DNA from: Planctomycetota bacterium
Lineage (GTDB): Bacteria; Planctomycetota; SZUA-567; H5-PLA8
Reading direction: 5' to 3'
DNA length: 64,000 nucleotides
Assembly (NCBI GenBank): GCA_038227875.1
Contig: JBBRPR010000025.1
Span: 44,462-108,461, forward strand
The notes under the pieces were generated by a model. That model did no database searches. It was not told the origin of the DNA and saw only the letters and a program-made list of their open reading frames with translations. The first letter of the stretch is position 1. The number at the start of each line of letters is the position of its first letter. A program made the translations under genes and the position numbers. Positions 42,092 to 53,800 of this stretch are shown here, in pieces.

Positions 42092-43579
42092 ATGCTCGAT
42101 CCCGCTCCGGACGTTCCGGAAATTCAGAAGACAGAATTCGAATCGTCCGCATCCGTTCCCCGCGAGTCCCAGCGCCTGGACCACATGGACCAGCTGGGTG
42201 ATTCGTATTACGCGATCCTGCTGCTCACCGGACCGCTGGTCCTCTCGTCGACCGGCCTGATGCTGATGCATATTTTCGACGCCGTGCTGCTCTCGCGGTA
42301 TTCGAAGCAGGCGATAGCGGTGGTCGGCTCGGCGAGCATGGCGGCGTTCGTGTTGATCAGCTTTTTCATCGGCATCACCGCGTACACGGCCACGTTCGTG
42401 GCGCAATACATGGGCGCGCGGCGGCCGGAGCGCGTCGGCCCGGCGGTGTGGCAGGGAATTTATGTCGCGCTGGCCGCGGGCGTGTTCACGTCCCTCGTCG
42501 GAACGCTGATCGCGCCGCCGCTCTTTCACTGGGTCAATCACGGCCCGGCGCTGGAACTGCTTGAACAGCGCTACTTCCGGATCATGTGCTACGGCGCGAC
42601 GTTCAGTCTGCTCGGCGCGGCGCTCTCGGGATTTTTCTCCGGGCGCGGCGACAACCGTACCTTAATGATCGTCCAGTTGAGTGGCTTCGTGATCAACGCC
42701 GGCTTGAGCTACTGCGCCATCTTCGGCCGCTTGGGCCTGCCGGAACTCGGCGCGCTCGGCGCCGCCACTGCGACGGCCTGCGCGCAGGGTTGCGTCACGC
42801 TGATGCTCTCCGTGATTTTCCTGAGCCCCCGCCACCGCGCGAACTACCAGACGTGGACCTCGCGCGCGTTCGATTGGGCGCTGCTCAAACGCATGACCTA
42901 TTTCGGTGCGTTCAACGGCATGCGCGCTGTAACCGAGCTTCTCGCGTGGACGCTCTTTCTCTGCTTCGTCGGACGGCTGGGTGAAGACGTGATGGCGATC
43001 ACCAACATCGTCTGGCGACTCAACGGCATCGCGTTCTTTCCGCTGATCGGTTTGTCGACGGCGATCGCCACGCTGGTTGGACACGCGCAAGGCCGTCAGG
43101 ATTCCCGCCGCGCCGAAATCATCACCTGGCGCGGCGTGATCATGGCCGAAGGCTGGATGTTATTTGCCGCGTCGCTGTTCGTACTCTTTCCGCGCCCGCT
43201 GTTGAATCTGATCATGGGCGGCGAAGGCGCGTCGGAGCTGGCTCCGATGATCGAGACCGGCACGAGTCTGCTCCGCTTCGTGGCGCTCTATTGTCTGCTC
43301 GACGGACTGAACATTGTTTTCATGGGCGCGCTGCAAGGCGCCGGCGACACGCGCTGGACGCTGATCGCCTCGTTCATTCTCCACGTCATATTTCTGACGG
43401 CGCTGTTCGTCATCGACGCGTACTACCAGAACCTCTTGATCTTCTGGACCGCCGCGACCTCGTTCGTGATGCTCCAAGCCGGCGTCTGGGTCCTGCGCTT
43501 CAAATCTGGGAAATGGAAATCGATGCGCGTCATTGAAGGCGATGGCGACGGTGAAACCGCACTGCCCTTTGCCCATTAG
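42092..43579 (+). CDS. MATE family efflux transporter
   Basis: About 12 TM segments; [27 protein letters not shown] and GALQGAGDT. Confidence 0.9.
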   Translation: MLDPAPDVPEIQKTEFESSASVPRESQRLDHMDQLGDSYYAILLLTGPLVLSSTGLMLMHIFDAVLLSRYSKQAIAVVGSASMAAFVLISFFIGITAYTATFVAQYMGARRPERVGPAVWQGIYVALAAGVFTSLVGTLIAPPLFHWVNHGPALELLEQRYFRIMCYGATFSLLGAALSGFFSGRGDNRTLMIVQLSGFVINAGLSYCAIFGRLGLPELGALGAATATACAQGCVTLMLSVIFLSPRHRANYQTWTSRAFDWALLKRMTYFGAFNGMRAVTELLAWTLFLCFVGRLGEDVMAITNIVWRLNGIAFFPLIGLSTAIATLVGHAQGRQDSRRAEIITWRGVIMAEGWMLFAASLFVLFPRPLLNLIMGGEGASELAPMIETGTSLLRFVALYCLLDGLNIVFMGALQGAGDTRWTLIASFILHVIFLTALFVIDAYYQNLLIFWTAATSFVMLQAGVWVLRFKSGKWKSMRVIEGDGDGETALPFAH

Positions 43580-43805
43580 CGGCACTGGAACGGATAAGCC
43601 TAGACACCTGCGATGCTTGCCCGAATGTCGCAAATTTGAATACGCTCAGATCCATAACGATTTCCTATCGCTCCTATCGACCAAAGGAAATGCGCCTAGT
43701 GGACTTTAAAAAATTCTGTCGAAAAGGCGTTGTGCCTATTGACTGCTGGTTCCAAATGGGGTTTAGAGAGGAGGGATTTAGTTAACCTTATTTGGAGACC
43801 GATCC

Positions 43806-44216
43806 ATGCTCTACCCGACGACGCTGCCGAACCTGGACCTGTTGTGGACCGATAAGCGCCCCGATGTGATGGAAGCAAAGCTCCGCACATTGCTGGAGCC
43901 AGCGAAGTTCGCGGGGATTCAGACCTACTACCTGCAGCTCCTGACGCAGATCGCCCGCGCGCAAGCGCTGCAAGGCAAGATCGATGAAGCCAGCGCGACG
44001 CTCGATGCCGTCGAAGCCGACCTCACCGACGGCGTGACCGGCGCGCAGATCCGCTACCTGCTCGAACGCGGGCGCATCCAGTTGCTCCAGAATCACAAGG
44101 AGCCGGCGGACAAATTGTTCCACAAAGCCTGGCGCCTGGCGGAAGCCTCGCACCACCGCAACTACGCCACCGAAGCGCTGAAACTCTTCTCGCCCGAACA
44201 GCGCCGCGCGAGCTGA
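43806..44216 (+). CDS. Small TPR-like protein
   Basis: LLTQIARAQALQGKIDEA and RYLLERGR helical repeats; GGAG RBS. Confidence 0.65.
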   Translation: MLYPTTLPNLDLLWTDKRPDVMEAKLRTLLEPAKFAGIQTYYLQLLTQIARAQALQGKIDEASATLDAVEADLTDGVTGAQIRYLLERGRIQLLQNHKEPADKLFHKAWRLAEASHHRNYATEALKLFSPEQRRAS

Positions 44217-44217
44217 A

Positions 44218-45630
44218 TTATTTATTGACGGCGCGGAGCACGTTCTTGGCTTCGCGCAGGCCCGACAGAAATGCGCCGTGGACCGTGTCGGGATACTTGT
44301 CGTTCGTGGCCTCGCCGGCGAAGAAGACCTTGTTGTCGACGGGCTGGGCGAGGCTGCGGTAGTCGTCGAAGGTCGCGCCGACCGGCAAATACGAATACGA
44401 CCCCAGCGCGAAGGGGTCGCTGGCCCACCGCGTCACCGCCGAGCTGGTCGGATTGGGAATCGACGATCCGAGCATCTTGCGCAGCACGTCCATCATCGCC
44501 GCGACCGAATCAGCGTCCGACTTCGTCTCCAGCGTCCGCGCAAAAGTTCCCGTGTTGAGAGCCGTCAAGATCGGATCCTGCGTGTACGCGTTCATGCACA
44601 GCAGTTCCGGAAATTCGTTGGCGTTGGTCGAGATGTACTCCAGAAATTCCCGCTGCGCCGGCCAGAAAACGCACGGAAACTTCAGCGAAAGTTTGTTGAG
44701 CAGGCCCATGCCCATGCGCTGAATCGCGCGCAGTTTCTCCGCTGGCAGCACCGGATCGAATGCCACGGTGCCGGCCTTCAGCACGCCCAGCGGCAGCGTC
44801 ACGATCACGGCATCGGCGGTGAACGTGGCCTGGTTGGTGGTGACGGTCACGCCGGAACCCGTGTACGCGATCTTCTGGACAATCTGGTTGAGCTGAAACG
44901 TCAAACCCTGCGACAATCCCTGCACGATCTGGTCGTACCCGCCGGGAAAAACCGCGTCGTTGCCTTTGAATTCGCCGTCCTCGTTCAACTGCAGCAGCGA
45001 GAGGTCAGTCAAGTCCGCGCCCGCGTCTCCGCTGATCGACGCCGATTCATCCCAGACCTGCGCGTTCAGATCCGTGGGCGACAGTGCCGCGTCCTGCAAC
45101 GCCTGCTGAAATCCGGCGCCGACGGAAATATCCGTATCGAGATCGTGTTGTATCGCCGTCACTTTCTTGAAGATGCCATCGTATCGGTTTTCGATGCTTG
45201 TGACTTCGTCGGCACTGTAGAGCTTTCCGGCGGAATCGTACAGCGAGTAGTTCGAGTAGGTGGTCGGCAGCGTTTTGACTTTGTATTTCTTCGCCAGCGC
45301 GCTGATTGGATTGCCCTTCACGCCGTGGATCCACGACGCGCCCATGTCCAGCGGCGAACCCAGCGAGCGATCGGTCCAGATCCGTCCGCCGACGCGGTTG
45401 CGCCCTTCCAAGATGGTGACATTGACTTTCCGGGACTTTAAGAAGGTGGCCGCGGCGATCCCGGCCATGCCCGCGCCGATCACCAGCACCGACGATCCGG
45501 CGGCCGCGCGGCCGTCCGCTTCGTCGCCGCCAAACGCGCGCCGCCCCAGCAGCGCCAGCGCCATCCACGCGCTACCTTTTAAGAAATTGCGACGTGAGAG
45601 TGAATTCGAGTGATCGGCGGATTCAGTCAT
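44218..45630 (-). CDS. Flavin monoamine/polyamine oxidase family protein, Tat signal
   Basis: SRRNFLK; IGAGMAG, EGRNRVGGRI, DMGASWIHG, GSYSY and FFAGEAT...TVHGA. Confidence 0.92.
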   Translation of the reverse strand: MTESADHSNSLSRRNFLKGSAWMALALLGRRAFGGDEADGRAAAGSSVLVIGAGMAGIAAATFLKSRKVNVTILEGRNRVGGRIWTDRSLGSPLDMGASWIHGVKGNPISALAKKYKVKTLPTTYSNYSLYDSAGKLYSADEVTSIENRYDGIFKKVTAIQHDLDTDISVGAGFQQALQDAALSPTDLNAQVWDESASISGDAGADLTDLSLLQLNEDGEFKGNDAVFPGGYDQIVQGLSQGLTFQLNQIVQKIAYTGSGVTVTTNQATFTADAVIVTLPLGVLKAGTVAFDPVLPAEKLRAIQRMGMGLLNKLSLKFPCVFWPAQREFLEYISTNANEFPELLCMNAYTQDPILTALNTGTFARTLETKSDADSVAAMMDVLRKMLGSSIPNPTSSAVTRWASDPFALGSYSYLPVGATFDDYRSLAQPVDNKVFFAGEATNDKYPDTVHGAFLSGLREAKNVLRAVNK

Positions 45631-45744
45631 AAGCGCTCCGGTTTGGGATCCAAAGTTACTCTACATTGGATTCCTGACGGAGCGCATTTATTTCAGCTTT
45701 GTGACAATAGTAACAAAGCGAATTTCACGAGTCGGAAAGAACTG

Positions 45745-45777
45745 CGCCCCTTCACGTGCATTGCACGGAAGGGGCGT
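45745..45777 (-). terminator. Hairpin downstream of the vWA gene
   Basis: CGCCCCTTC...GTGCA/TGCAC...GAAGGGGCG inverted repeat. Confidence 0.5.
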
Positions 45778-45800
45778 GAACTTCACGGACCTTGTTTGTT

Positions 45801-46958
45801 TTAGAACGAGGTCTCGCACTTGATGCCGAGCTTCTCGCCTTGCTTGTTGATCGTATCGGTCACGTTCTTCTCCAGCGTCGACTTGCCTTTGCCTTCCTGT
45901 TTCTTTGCTTCTTCGGCCAGGAACTGCTGGCGCTTGGCGTTCACTTCCACGATCTCTTTTTGAATGGCTTCGCGCTTGGCTTTCTTCTCTTCGACATACT
46001 TGGCGCGGTCTTCCGGATCGAGTTTCTGCATCTCGGCGGGGAGTTCCTCGGCCTTCAGCGCATCGAGTTTCACGCCGTTGGCGGACACGTCTTTGACGAG
46101 TTCCTTGGTGCCCGCGAAATTCTGTTCGCCGGCCGCGCTGCCCTGGAATGCCGCGCGTGACGCTTGCGCGGACGCCGGCGCACTCTTGTAAATGACCTTG
46201 GCCCCGTCCTCGCGCATTGCCTGCGCCTTCTTTTCGTCGGCGCTGCCGTAGCTGATGCGGGTGCCGTCGAGATCCTGCGCCAGCGCAGCGAGCTTCGCGT
46301 CATACGGCGTGCTGACCATCACGGCGCTGCCTTCCTGTTCGACCTGGAAGAAGTGGCCTTCGGCCTTCGCGGCGATGTCTTTCCAGACCGTCTGCGTCGA
46401 AACGGCACTGCCGCACTGGATCGTGTTGATGATGATCCCGGCGGTCGCGGCGAGCTTGCAGGTTTCCGGATACTTCACGTCGTCGGCGTAGTCCATGTGC
46501 GGGGGCGCGTCGCCGACCAGGAAGATCACGCGGTACACTTTGGAATCCTTCGACCACGCAATCCTGGTGATCGCGTCGTTCAAGGCCTGATTGACGCTCT
46601 CCGGTTCATCGCCGCCACCCGCGGCCTGAAAGCCCATCAGCTCGCGGTAGACGGCGTCCAGATCGCGGCTCAAGTCGGTGACTTTCGTGATGTACGCATC
46701 GCCGCGGTCGCGGTAGCCGACCAGGCCCATCTTGATATCCGGCGACGGCTTGGCCGTGGCCAGCGTGTTGGCGATCGACCAGATCTTGGTCTTCGCCGCC
46801 TGGATCAGGCCGCCCATGCTCCCGGTCGTGTCGAGCACGAAGACGACTTCGACGCGCGGCTTCTCCGGCTTTACGTCAACGGCCGCCACGCGCTGTTCTT
46901 CGGCGCGCAGTGCGAAAGTGCAGAGCAATAGTAGTGCGAAAAGTGGAATCAGGCGCAT
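45801..46958 (-). CDS. Secreted vWA domain protein
   Basis: Signal peptide; MIDAS VLDTTGSM, GLVGYRD, GGGDEPE and LVGDAPPH; AAGGAG RBS. Confidence 0.88.
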   Translation of the reverse strand: MRLIPLFALLLLCTFALRAEEQRVAAVDVKPEKPRVEVVFVLDTTGSMGGLIQAAKTKIWSIANTLATAKPSPDIKMGLVGYRDRGDAYITKVTDLSRDLDAVYRELMGFQAAGGGDEPESVNQALNDAITRIAWSKDSKVYRVIFLVGDAPPHMDYADDVKYPETCKLAATAGIIINTIQCGSAVSTQTVWKDIAAKAEGHFFQVEQEGSAVMVSTPYDAKLAALAQDLDGTRISYGSADEKKAQAMREDGAKVIYKSAPASAQASRAAFQGSAAGEQNFAGTKELVKDVSANGVKLDALKAEELPAEMQKLDPEDRAKYVEEKKAKREAIQKEIVEVNAKRQQFLAEEAKKQEGKGKSTLEKNVTDTINKQGEKLGIKCETSF

Positions 46959-47102
46959 GGGCATCTCCTTGAAATATGAAAGGTGAATCCGTTCCGTCCT
47001 GAAATTTGGACTGCGGCGCGGTCGGGAGGTTCCGGGAATTCCGCTGCTTAAAGTGATATCACGCAAAATAGGGCGGGGTGTAACGCACGTGTAACAACAA
47101 TC

Positions 47103-47245
47103 GTGGTCCGGGCGTCTCGCCCGGTCAGCGTCGGACGCGATCTTTTTGCAATAGACGCATTGTCGGGAGAAGAATTCGATTGTTCCAAGACGGACCGGGC
47201 GGGACGCCCGGACTACAGTTACTACGGGCGAGCCGCCCGTTCTAC
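47103..47245. repeat. Cluster of three GTAG/GTGG-type REP-like palindromes
   Basis: GTGGTCCGGGCGTCTCGCCCGGTC (47103-47126), inverted GACCGGGCGGGACGCCCGGACTAC (47193-47216) and ACGGGCGAGCCGCCCGTTCTAC (47224-47245). Confidence 0.75.
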
Positions 47246-50200
47246 AAAGGGCTCAACTTGGCGAACAGCGCGCCGAGCGCAGGCTCGTACTTGCGCCAGC
47301 GTTCGACGGAACGTTGATGAATCGGCTCGCGCACCTGCGTGATGCTGGCGGTGCGGACCACGCGGTCGGTCTGGTGGAAGTTCAAGCACGCCGGATCCCA
47401 TTCGAGATTCGCGAACGCCAGCAGCTTCCGCGCGCTCCCTTCCAGATCGGCGACGGTCGCTTCGTAATCGACATCCAGGAACCGCCCGGGCAGCACCGTC
47501 CGCCAATGCGCCATGATCCGCTGGTATTGGGCGATGTGCGAAGCGATCGCGTCTTCGTTCGTCGCCCAGCGGATGTGGCGGAAGTTGGTCATCCAGCACG
47601 AGACGGCAATGTCGCGCAGGTCGCGGCGGCAATGGATGATCTTTGCGTTCGGAAAAAGCAACGCAATCAGCCCAATATAAAGGTAGTTCTCCGGCATCTT
47701 GTCGACGACATGCTCGGCGCTGCTGTTCAGTGCCGCGAGCCGCTCGAGATGTCCGCGCGCCACGATCTGCGCGGCTTCGGGCGTGATCTGGCTCAGGCAG
47801 CGCAGCGCCGACTCCTTGGAATTCATGACGGCCGGCAGCGACTGCAGACTCGCGCGGACAAACGAAAGCTCACCGGCGCCGTGAACTTTCTTGTGGCTGG
47901 CGAGTATCTGTTCGGTCAGCGTCGTGCCGGAGCGCGGCAGGCCGAGCACAAAAATCGGTCGCGCGCTCGGCGAGCCGAAGCCGCTCGTGCGCGCGAGAAA
48001 CTCCGGCGTGAAGATACCGATGAGCTCCGAGACCAGCGCCGCGTGTTCGGCGGGATCGTACCCTCTGCCGCGGCGCGCGCGTTCGCGCGTCGATGTCGCG
48101 TTGGCTTCACGCAGTAACCCCGCGGCGCGCTCGTACTGGCCCTTGCCGTCGAGGACGTGTGCGAGCGCGTATTGCAGCGGCGCGCGGCGGAAGGGCGTAA
48201 GCCGGGGGCTCTGCAGATACGCTTCCAGTGCGGCCTGATCGTCGGCGGAGAGCTTGCCGCGGTGGAGCATCGCCAGTTGCGTGCTGGCCGACGGATTAAA
48301 GCGCCGCAAATGCAGCGCGTTGCGCAGGCAGCTTTCGGCGTCCTTCATTTTGCCCAGCTCGGCGTAGTACTCGCCAAGCCCCACGAACGCACTGGCGTGT
48401 GTGGGCTGGATGCGAATGGCTTCGCGGAAGTGCGCTTCGGCTTCGGCGTGGCGGCCGTCTTCCAGCAGTAGCGACGCCAGACCTTCGTGCGCTTCCACAT
48501 AAGAAGGATCGGTTTCGAGCGCCTTGCGGAAAAGCGCTGCCGCTTCGCCGTTGCGGTCGAGCTCGCGCATCAGGCTCGCCACGTTGGTGTAGATGCGCGC
48601 GGACTTCGGATCCTGCTGCACGGCCCGCTGATACCAGTTGAAGGCCTCCGCCAGATCGCCTTCTTCTTGAAAGGCCTGCGCGATGTTGTTGCAGGTCAGC
48701 GCGGAATTGGGATTGAGGCGCAGTGCTTCGGCGTAACAGGATTTGGCGTCGGCGATGCGGCCCAGTTCGCGCAGCACATTGCCGAGGTTGTTGCGCGCGG
48801 GGAAGAATCCCGGGTCGAGTTCCACGGCGCGCTGGCAGTAGGTCCGCGCTTCTTCGTACTGAAATTCTTCGAGCAGCAACTGGCCGAGGTTGCTGTGCGC
48901 TTCGACGAAATTCGGATCGGCCTGCGCGGCCTTGCGGAAGTACGCCAGCGCGCCCTCGGTATCGCCGCTCCGGCGCAGCACGTTGGCCAGATTGTTCAGC
49001 GCCTGCGCGAAGTTGGGATTGTAGCGCAGCGCCGTTTCGTATCCCGCGCGCGCTTCGGCCAGATTACCCTGCGCTTCCAGCACCAGGCCGAGATTGTTGG
49101 CCGCTTCCGCATAGCGCGGCTGGTACTGCAGCGCGGCGCGGAAGCACTGCGCGGCAGTGTCGAACTGCCCCAGCCGCCGGAAGGCTTCGCCTTGATTGCA
49201 ATGAAACGATGCTTCGGCCGGACGGAGCGCGATGGCGCGGCCGATCAGCTCAGCAGCTTTCTGCGGCTGATTCAACTGCAGCGCCGCGACGCCGAGCATG
49301 TGCAGCGCGTTGGGTTCGAAGGGATTCTCCTGCAGCACCGCTTGATAAATCTGCGCCGCCTGCTGGATCTGTCCGCTCTGATGCAGTTTCACCGCGGCCG
49401 CGATTTGCTGGCCGGCCTGCACGTTGGCGGCGCGCGCTTCGGGCGTGGGCAGATTCGGCGCAGGGGGCGGCGGCGCGGTGCTGACCACGTTGGCTTTGAC
49501 GGAGCCGTCATCACTTTTGGAGAGCACCGCGACGGAATTCTTCCATGGCACGGTGGCCGTAATGCCCGTCGGTTGCGCTTTCGGATTCGGTTCACCGCGC
49601 GGCGTGTTGATGAGCTCGATGATCCGCGCGAAGAGTTTCTCGCCCTGCGCAATCGGATCGAGGTCCTTGTACTTCGCCGCAAAGCTCCGCGCGCCGGCGA
49701 TGAGCTGCTTGGAATTCAGCGCCTTATTCAGGCAGTGCGGGAACTCCTCCGGCTTTTCCGGCTCCAGCGTCAGGCCCGCGCCTAGCGTTTCCAGACGCAG
49801 CGACATCAGGCGCTGTTCCAGATGCAGCGGCGCGGTGACGACCGGCACGCCGGAGACGATCAGTTCCATCGTCGTCGCGTGATTGCCATTGGTGATGGCC
49901 AAGTCGCATTCCTTCGCGACGCGCTGCAAGTCGAGCGGTTCGGCCACGAACTTCAACGTCTCGGAGCGGAAGCGCTGGATCACGTCCTCGGGAATTTCAT
50001 CGGGCACGATCAGCGTCGGCAGGCGCGAGGCGTTGAGATTCTGGAGCAGCGAGGGCAGATGCTCGAAGGGCTTCAAGTACGCGAAGATCTTCTTATTCGG
50101 CGCGGTTGGCCATTCCGGCGTGGCGCCAGGGTAGCGTGAGATCAGTCCGTAGTAGTTCGCGCCCGGCCGCGGCGCGTAGTGATCGACTTCGGAATATGTG

Positions 50201-50790
50201 CGAAAGGCCAGTTCGTTGGGATTGCTGAAGAGTTCTCCCAGCCGTTGCAAATTGGGCGCGTCGAGTTTGGTGAGGACGGCGTTGACCGTCTGCAACATCG
50301 CGTCTTCTTCGGCGCGCAACGCGGCTACATCGATCTCCATCCACAACCGCATGTTGGTCAGCGGATACGTGTCCGGAGGGATCAGAAATCCGGTGCCGAG
50401 GATCAACTGGCGGATCCCCAAGCCACGCAGAGCGACCAGCGCGGTCGGGCTATGGTCGGCGATGACGAGGTCCGGCTTGATGAGGTCAAACATCGTGCGC
50501 CATGCAGATACGGCTGAATTTAGGGTCGGCTCATGATCGAAAAATTGGTTTTGCAGAATGTGCACGTAGGACAGCGAAAGTTTTGCCGAATTTCTTGCAA
50601 CCTGCTGCTTGACCGGGGCTTGAAGGACTCGTACAGTCACGCCCTTAAACGCCAAATCGGCTTTGGAAACGTCGCGCAAGGCGAAGTAAACGGAGTGGCC
50701 CTGTTGCGTCAGGTTCTGCGCAAGTGCACGGTACTGGGCGAGGTGGCCCATCCCGGCGCCGAGTTCCCAAACGAAAAGCACGGATGACAT
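47242..50790 (-). CDS. Glycosyltransferase (GT-B, GT1/GT28-like)-TPR-sulfotransferase fusion
   Basis: WELGAGMGH and AITNGNHATTMELIVSGVPVVTAPLHLEQ (GT-B); roughly ten TPRs (AEAANNLG, AQALNNLA, VEAHSNLG); PIFVLGLPRSGTTLTEQ 5'-PSB and HCRRDLRDIAVS 3'-PB sulfotransferase motifs. Confidence 0.88.
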   Translation of the reverse strand: MSSVLFVWELGAGMGHLAQYRALAQNLTQQGHSVYFALRDVSKADLAFKGVTVRVLQAPVKQQVARNSAKLSLSYVHILQNQFFDHEPTLNSAVSAWRTMFDLIKPDLVIADHSPTALVALRGLGIRQLILGTGFLIPPDTYPLTNMRLWMEIDVAALRAEEDAMLQTVNAVLTKLDAPNLQRLGELFSNPNELAFRTYSEVDHYAPRPGANYYGLISRYPGATPEWPTAPNKKIFAYLKPFEHLPSLLQNLNASRLPTLIVPDEIPEDVIQRFRSETLKFVAEPLDLQRVAKECDLAITNGNHATTMELIVSGVPVVTAPLHLEQRLMSLRLETLGAGLTLEPEKPEEFPHCLNKALNSKQLIAGARSFAAKYKDLDPIAQGEKLFARIIELINTPRGEPNPKAQPTGITATVPWKNSVAVLSKSDDGSVKANVVSTAPPPPAPNLPTPEARAANVQAGQQIAAAVKLHQSGQIQQAAQIYQAVLQENPFEPNALHMLGVAALQLNQPQKAAELIGRAIALRPAEASFHCNQGEAFRRLGQFDTAAQCFRAALQYQPRYAEAANNLGLVLEAQGNLAEARAGYETALRYNPNFAQALNNLANVLRRSGDTEGALAYFRKAAQADPNFVEAHSNLGQLLLEEFQYEEARTYCQRAVELDPGFFPARNNLGNVLRELGRIADAKSCYAEALRLNPNSALTCNNIAQAFQEEGDLAEAFNWYQRAVQQDPKSARIYTNVASLMRELDRNGEAAALFRKALETDPSYVEAHEGLASLLLEDGRHAEAEAHFREAIRIQPTHASAFVGLGEYYAELGKMKDAESCLRNALHLRRFNPSASTQLAMLHRGKLSADDQAALEAYLQSPRLTPFRRAPLQYALAHVLDGKGQYERAAGLLREANATSTRERARRGRGYDPAEHAALVSELIGIFTPEFLARTSGFGSPSARPIFVLGLPRSGTTLTEQILASHKKVHGAGELSFVRASLQSLPAVMNSKESALRCLSQITPEAAQIVARGHLERLAALNSSAEHVVDKMPENYLYIGLIALLFPNAKIIHCRRDLRDIAVSCWMTNFRHIRWATNEDAIASHIAQYQRIMAHWRTVLPGRFLDVDYEATVADLEGSARKLLAFANLEWDPACLNFHQTDRVVRTASITQVREPIHQRSVERWRKYEPALGALFAKLSPL

Positions 50791-50848
50791 TTGAGTTCCT
50801 TTTTAACCAGATAACTCATGTGACACAAGAACAACCAGGAGAGACGCC

Positions 50849-53800
50849 GTGACGTTGTCCAATTCGCTGAATGAACTGACCCAATCCCGCCGCGCCAAAC
50901 AGCTGATGCAGACCGCCCCTTTAGTGGTCGCATTCTGGATGATGCAAGGCAACGCCAACGCGTTGGACCAAACGGTGCTGAACACCAACGATAGCGGCGT
51001 GGGCAGTCTGCGCGCGGCCATTGCCGCGGCCAACGCGGACGCGACGGATGACATCGTTTATGTGCCGACTGGCTTCTATCAGTTGGCTACGGAAATTCCG
51101 ATCACCAAGGCTCAGGGCAAGCTGACGATCAAAGGCGTGGTCAACGCGACCGGACCGACGTACGGCGGAGCGGCGCCTTTAAATGCTGTTTCGATTTCCC
51201 CCTACGGCGGTTTTTTCCCGGCGCGCGCGTTTAATGTCGCGGCGGCCAAAGCCGAATTCGATGACCTCAAGATTACCGGATTCGTGGCTGGCAACAACGG
51301 CGGCGTGGCCGGCGCAGGTCCCAACGACCGCGTAGGCGCAGCGGTATTGAATCTCGGCGGCAACCTCACGTTCAAGAACGCCTTTTTCTACGGCAATGAC
51401 GCGTTTGGAGCGGCGGGAAGCACAGGCCAGGATGGCGGCAGCGCGCAGGGCGGCGTGATCTACACCAGCGGCGGATCGTTGACGCTGATCAATTGCGATC
51501 TGACCAACAACGTCGCCAGTGGCGGAGCCGGCAATTCGAATCTCTCGCAAGGCGGCGTGCTGGCTGCGGCTCAAGCGCCGGTGCAGGGACGAGAAGTGCT
51601 TCCTGGCGGTATCGGTCCGCGCATCACCAATGGCGGCAACGCCCAGGGCGGCGGCATTTTTGCAACCGGCGGTGCAACCGTGTCCGTCAGCAACACGCTT
51701 TTCCGCCACGACAATGCATTCGGCGGCTCGGGTGGCCGATCGTCGAGCAGTAGCGGCAATGCCGGCGGCAATGGCGGCAATGGCCAGGGCGGTGGCATCT
51801 TCGCGAGCGGCGCGGCGACCACGGTCGCCATTTTGGATGGCGCTTTTACCTTTGATCAATCGAATGGCGGAAGCGACGACCATGGCGGGAGATTTACTTC
51901 CTCGATTAGCGGTGCGAGCGGCGCGAATGGCGGCAATGGCGGCAAGGGCCAGGGCGGCGGAATCTATGTCAGCGGCATTCAAGCGCTGACGATCAACATG
52001 TCGGCGTCGACGCCGGTGAACGTTCAAGGCAATAGCTCCCGGGGCGGCTATGGCGGCGATGGCGGCAACACGAAATTCAACGGCGGCCAGAGTATCGCGG
52101 GCACGTCAGGCGTGAGCCAGGGTGCCGGAATTTACGCTGCCAGCGTGGCCAACTTGAAAATTCAGAACGCCACGATTCAGCAGAATTCCGCATTTGCCGC
52201 CAGCGGTGCGACGGGTATCGGAGGCAGTACCGCGGGCAGCCAGGCCGCCGGCGCAGGAATCTTCATCGACAGCGCCGCGCCACTGACCTTGTCCAACCTT
52301 TTGATTTCGTCCAATGGCGCTTACGGCAATACGGGTGGCAGGGCAGGCAAAGGGGGACTTGCGGCAAACGGCTCCACAGTCCTGGGCGGCGGTATTTTCA
52401 TCAATGGCTCGTCGGCGTTCACCATCAACAATTCGACCGTGAATTCCAACGAGGCGGATGCCGGCAACGGTGGTGTCGGATTCACCAATTCGGCGGCCGC
52501 CGCGGGACAGGGCGGATCCGCACTGGGCGCTGGAATCTACATTTCCGCGGCGTCGGGTGTCATTTCGAATTCCACGCTGAATAACAATCTGTCTATGGGC
52601 CAACGAGGCGGAAACAGTTCGGGCTTCTACGGCGGCGCGGGCGGTCAGGGCGGCACAGGCGCTGGTGGAGCGCTGGCAGTCGTCGGCGCTTCGACGGTGA
52701 AGTTGTCAAACTCGACGCTTGAGCGCAATGAAGTGGACGCAGGTAACGGCGGCAATGGCGGCACTGGTTCACTGGGCGCCGGCGGCAACGCTGGAAATGC
52801 GACCGGTGGCGGCGTCTACGTCGACGCTGGAGTCGTTGCCATTAACAACTCCACGCTGACCGACAACGGCGCGTACGGCAGCGGGGCGGGAACAGGCGTC
52901 CCCGCGGGACAGAATTCGCTAGTCGTCTCCGGCGGCAACCTCTTCGTCAAAACCGGCGCGGCGGTCACCAGCGCCAGCTCCATCTTCTATAACGGAAGCG
53001 CGACTTCTGGCCGGGATGTGGCCGGCGCCATCAGCGCCGAAGCAGTGCTCGTCGGCAACGTCGACAGCGCCGCGACGATTACCGCGACCGGCACCGCGGC
53101 CAATCTGCTCAATGTCACTCCGCTGCTGGCGCCGTTGGCCAACAACGGCGGACCGACGCAGACGCGCGCTTTGCTTTCCGGCAGCCCGGGCCTCGACGCC
53201 GGCGTCAATCCGGACCGGCTGCTCTTCGATCAGCGCGGCAACGCGCGCCGTCTGAGCAACACCAACTACGACATCGGCGCGTTCGAATTGCAGGTCGCCA
53301 ACAGTGTCGCACCGACGGCGTTCCTTCGCATCGCTCCGCCGGTTGGTGATGCATCGAGCCCCAATCTCTACACGTTCTCCGTGACCTACAGCGACGACTT
53401 GGCCATCGATCCGCTGACGCTTGATGATAACGACATCCTGGTAACCGGTCCCAACGGCTTCTCCCAGCCGGCGAAGTTCGTCTCGGCGCTGCCGTCGCGG
53501 CCGGGCACGACGGTGATTGTGACCTACAGCATCGTGCCTCCGGGCGGTGCGTGGACGTCCGACGCCAACGGCACATACACGATTGCGATACAGCCCAATC
53601 AGGTCACAGACAGCAACGACAACCCGGTGCGCGCGGGGAGCATCGGCACGTTCAACGTCAACGTCAGCGGCCTGGTGATCATCAGCCCGCCGACGATGGC
53701 GCCCAATCCGGCGCAGACGGGCCAGCCGGTTGTCTTTACCATCGCCGTCACCGGCGGCACGGTGAGCTGGAACTTCGGCGACGGCTCGCCGGAGCTGACG

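Noticed and set aside
41870..42541. N-terminal extension of the 992-aa kinase ORF
   Set aside because: It overlaps the MATE gene and REP repeats; TM1 and the sensor domain start after ATG 41869
50849..52900. PE-PGRS, collagen or RTX repeat protein
   Set aside because: No PE domain, no strict Gly-X-Y triplets and no GGxGxD nonapeptides; the repeats end in GGGI(F/Y) like beta-helical surface proteins
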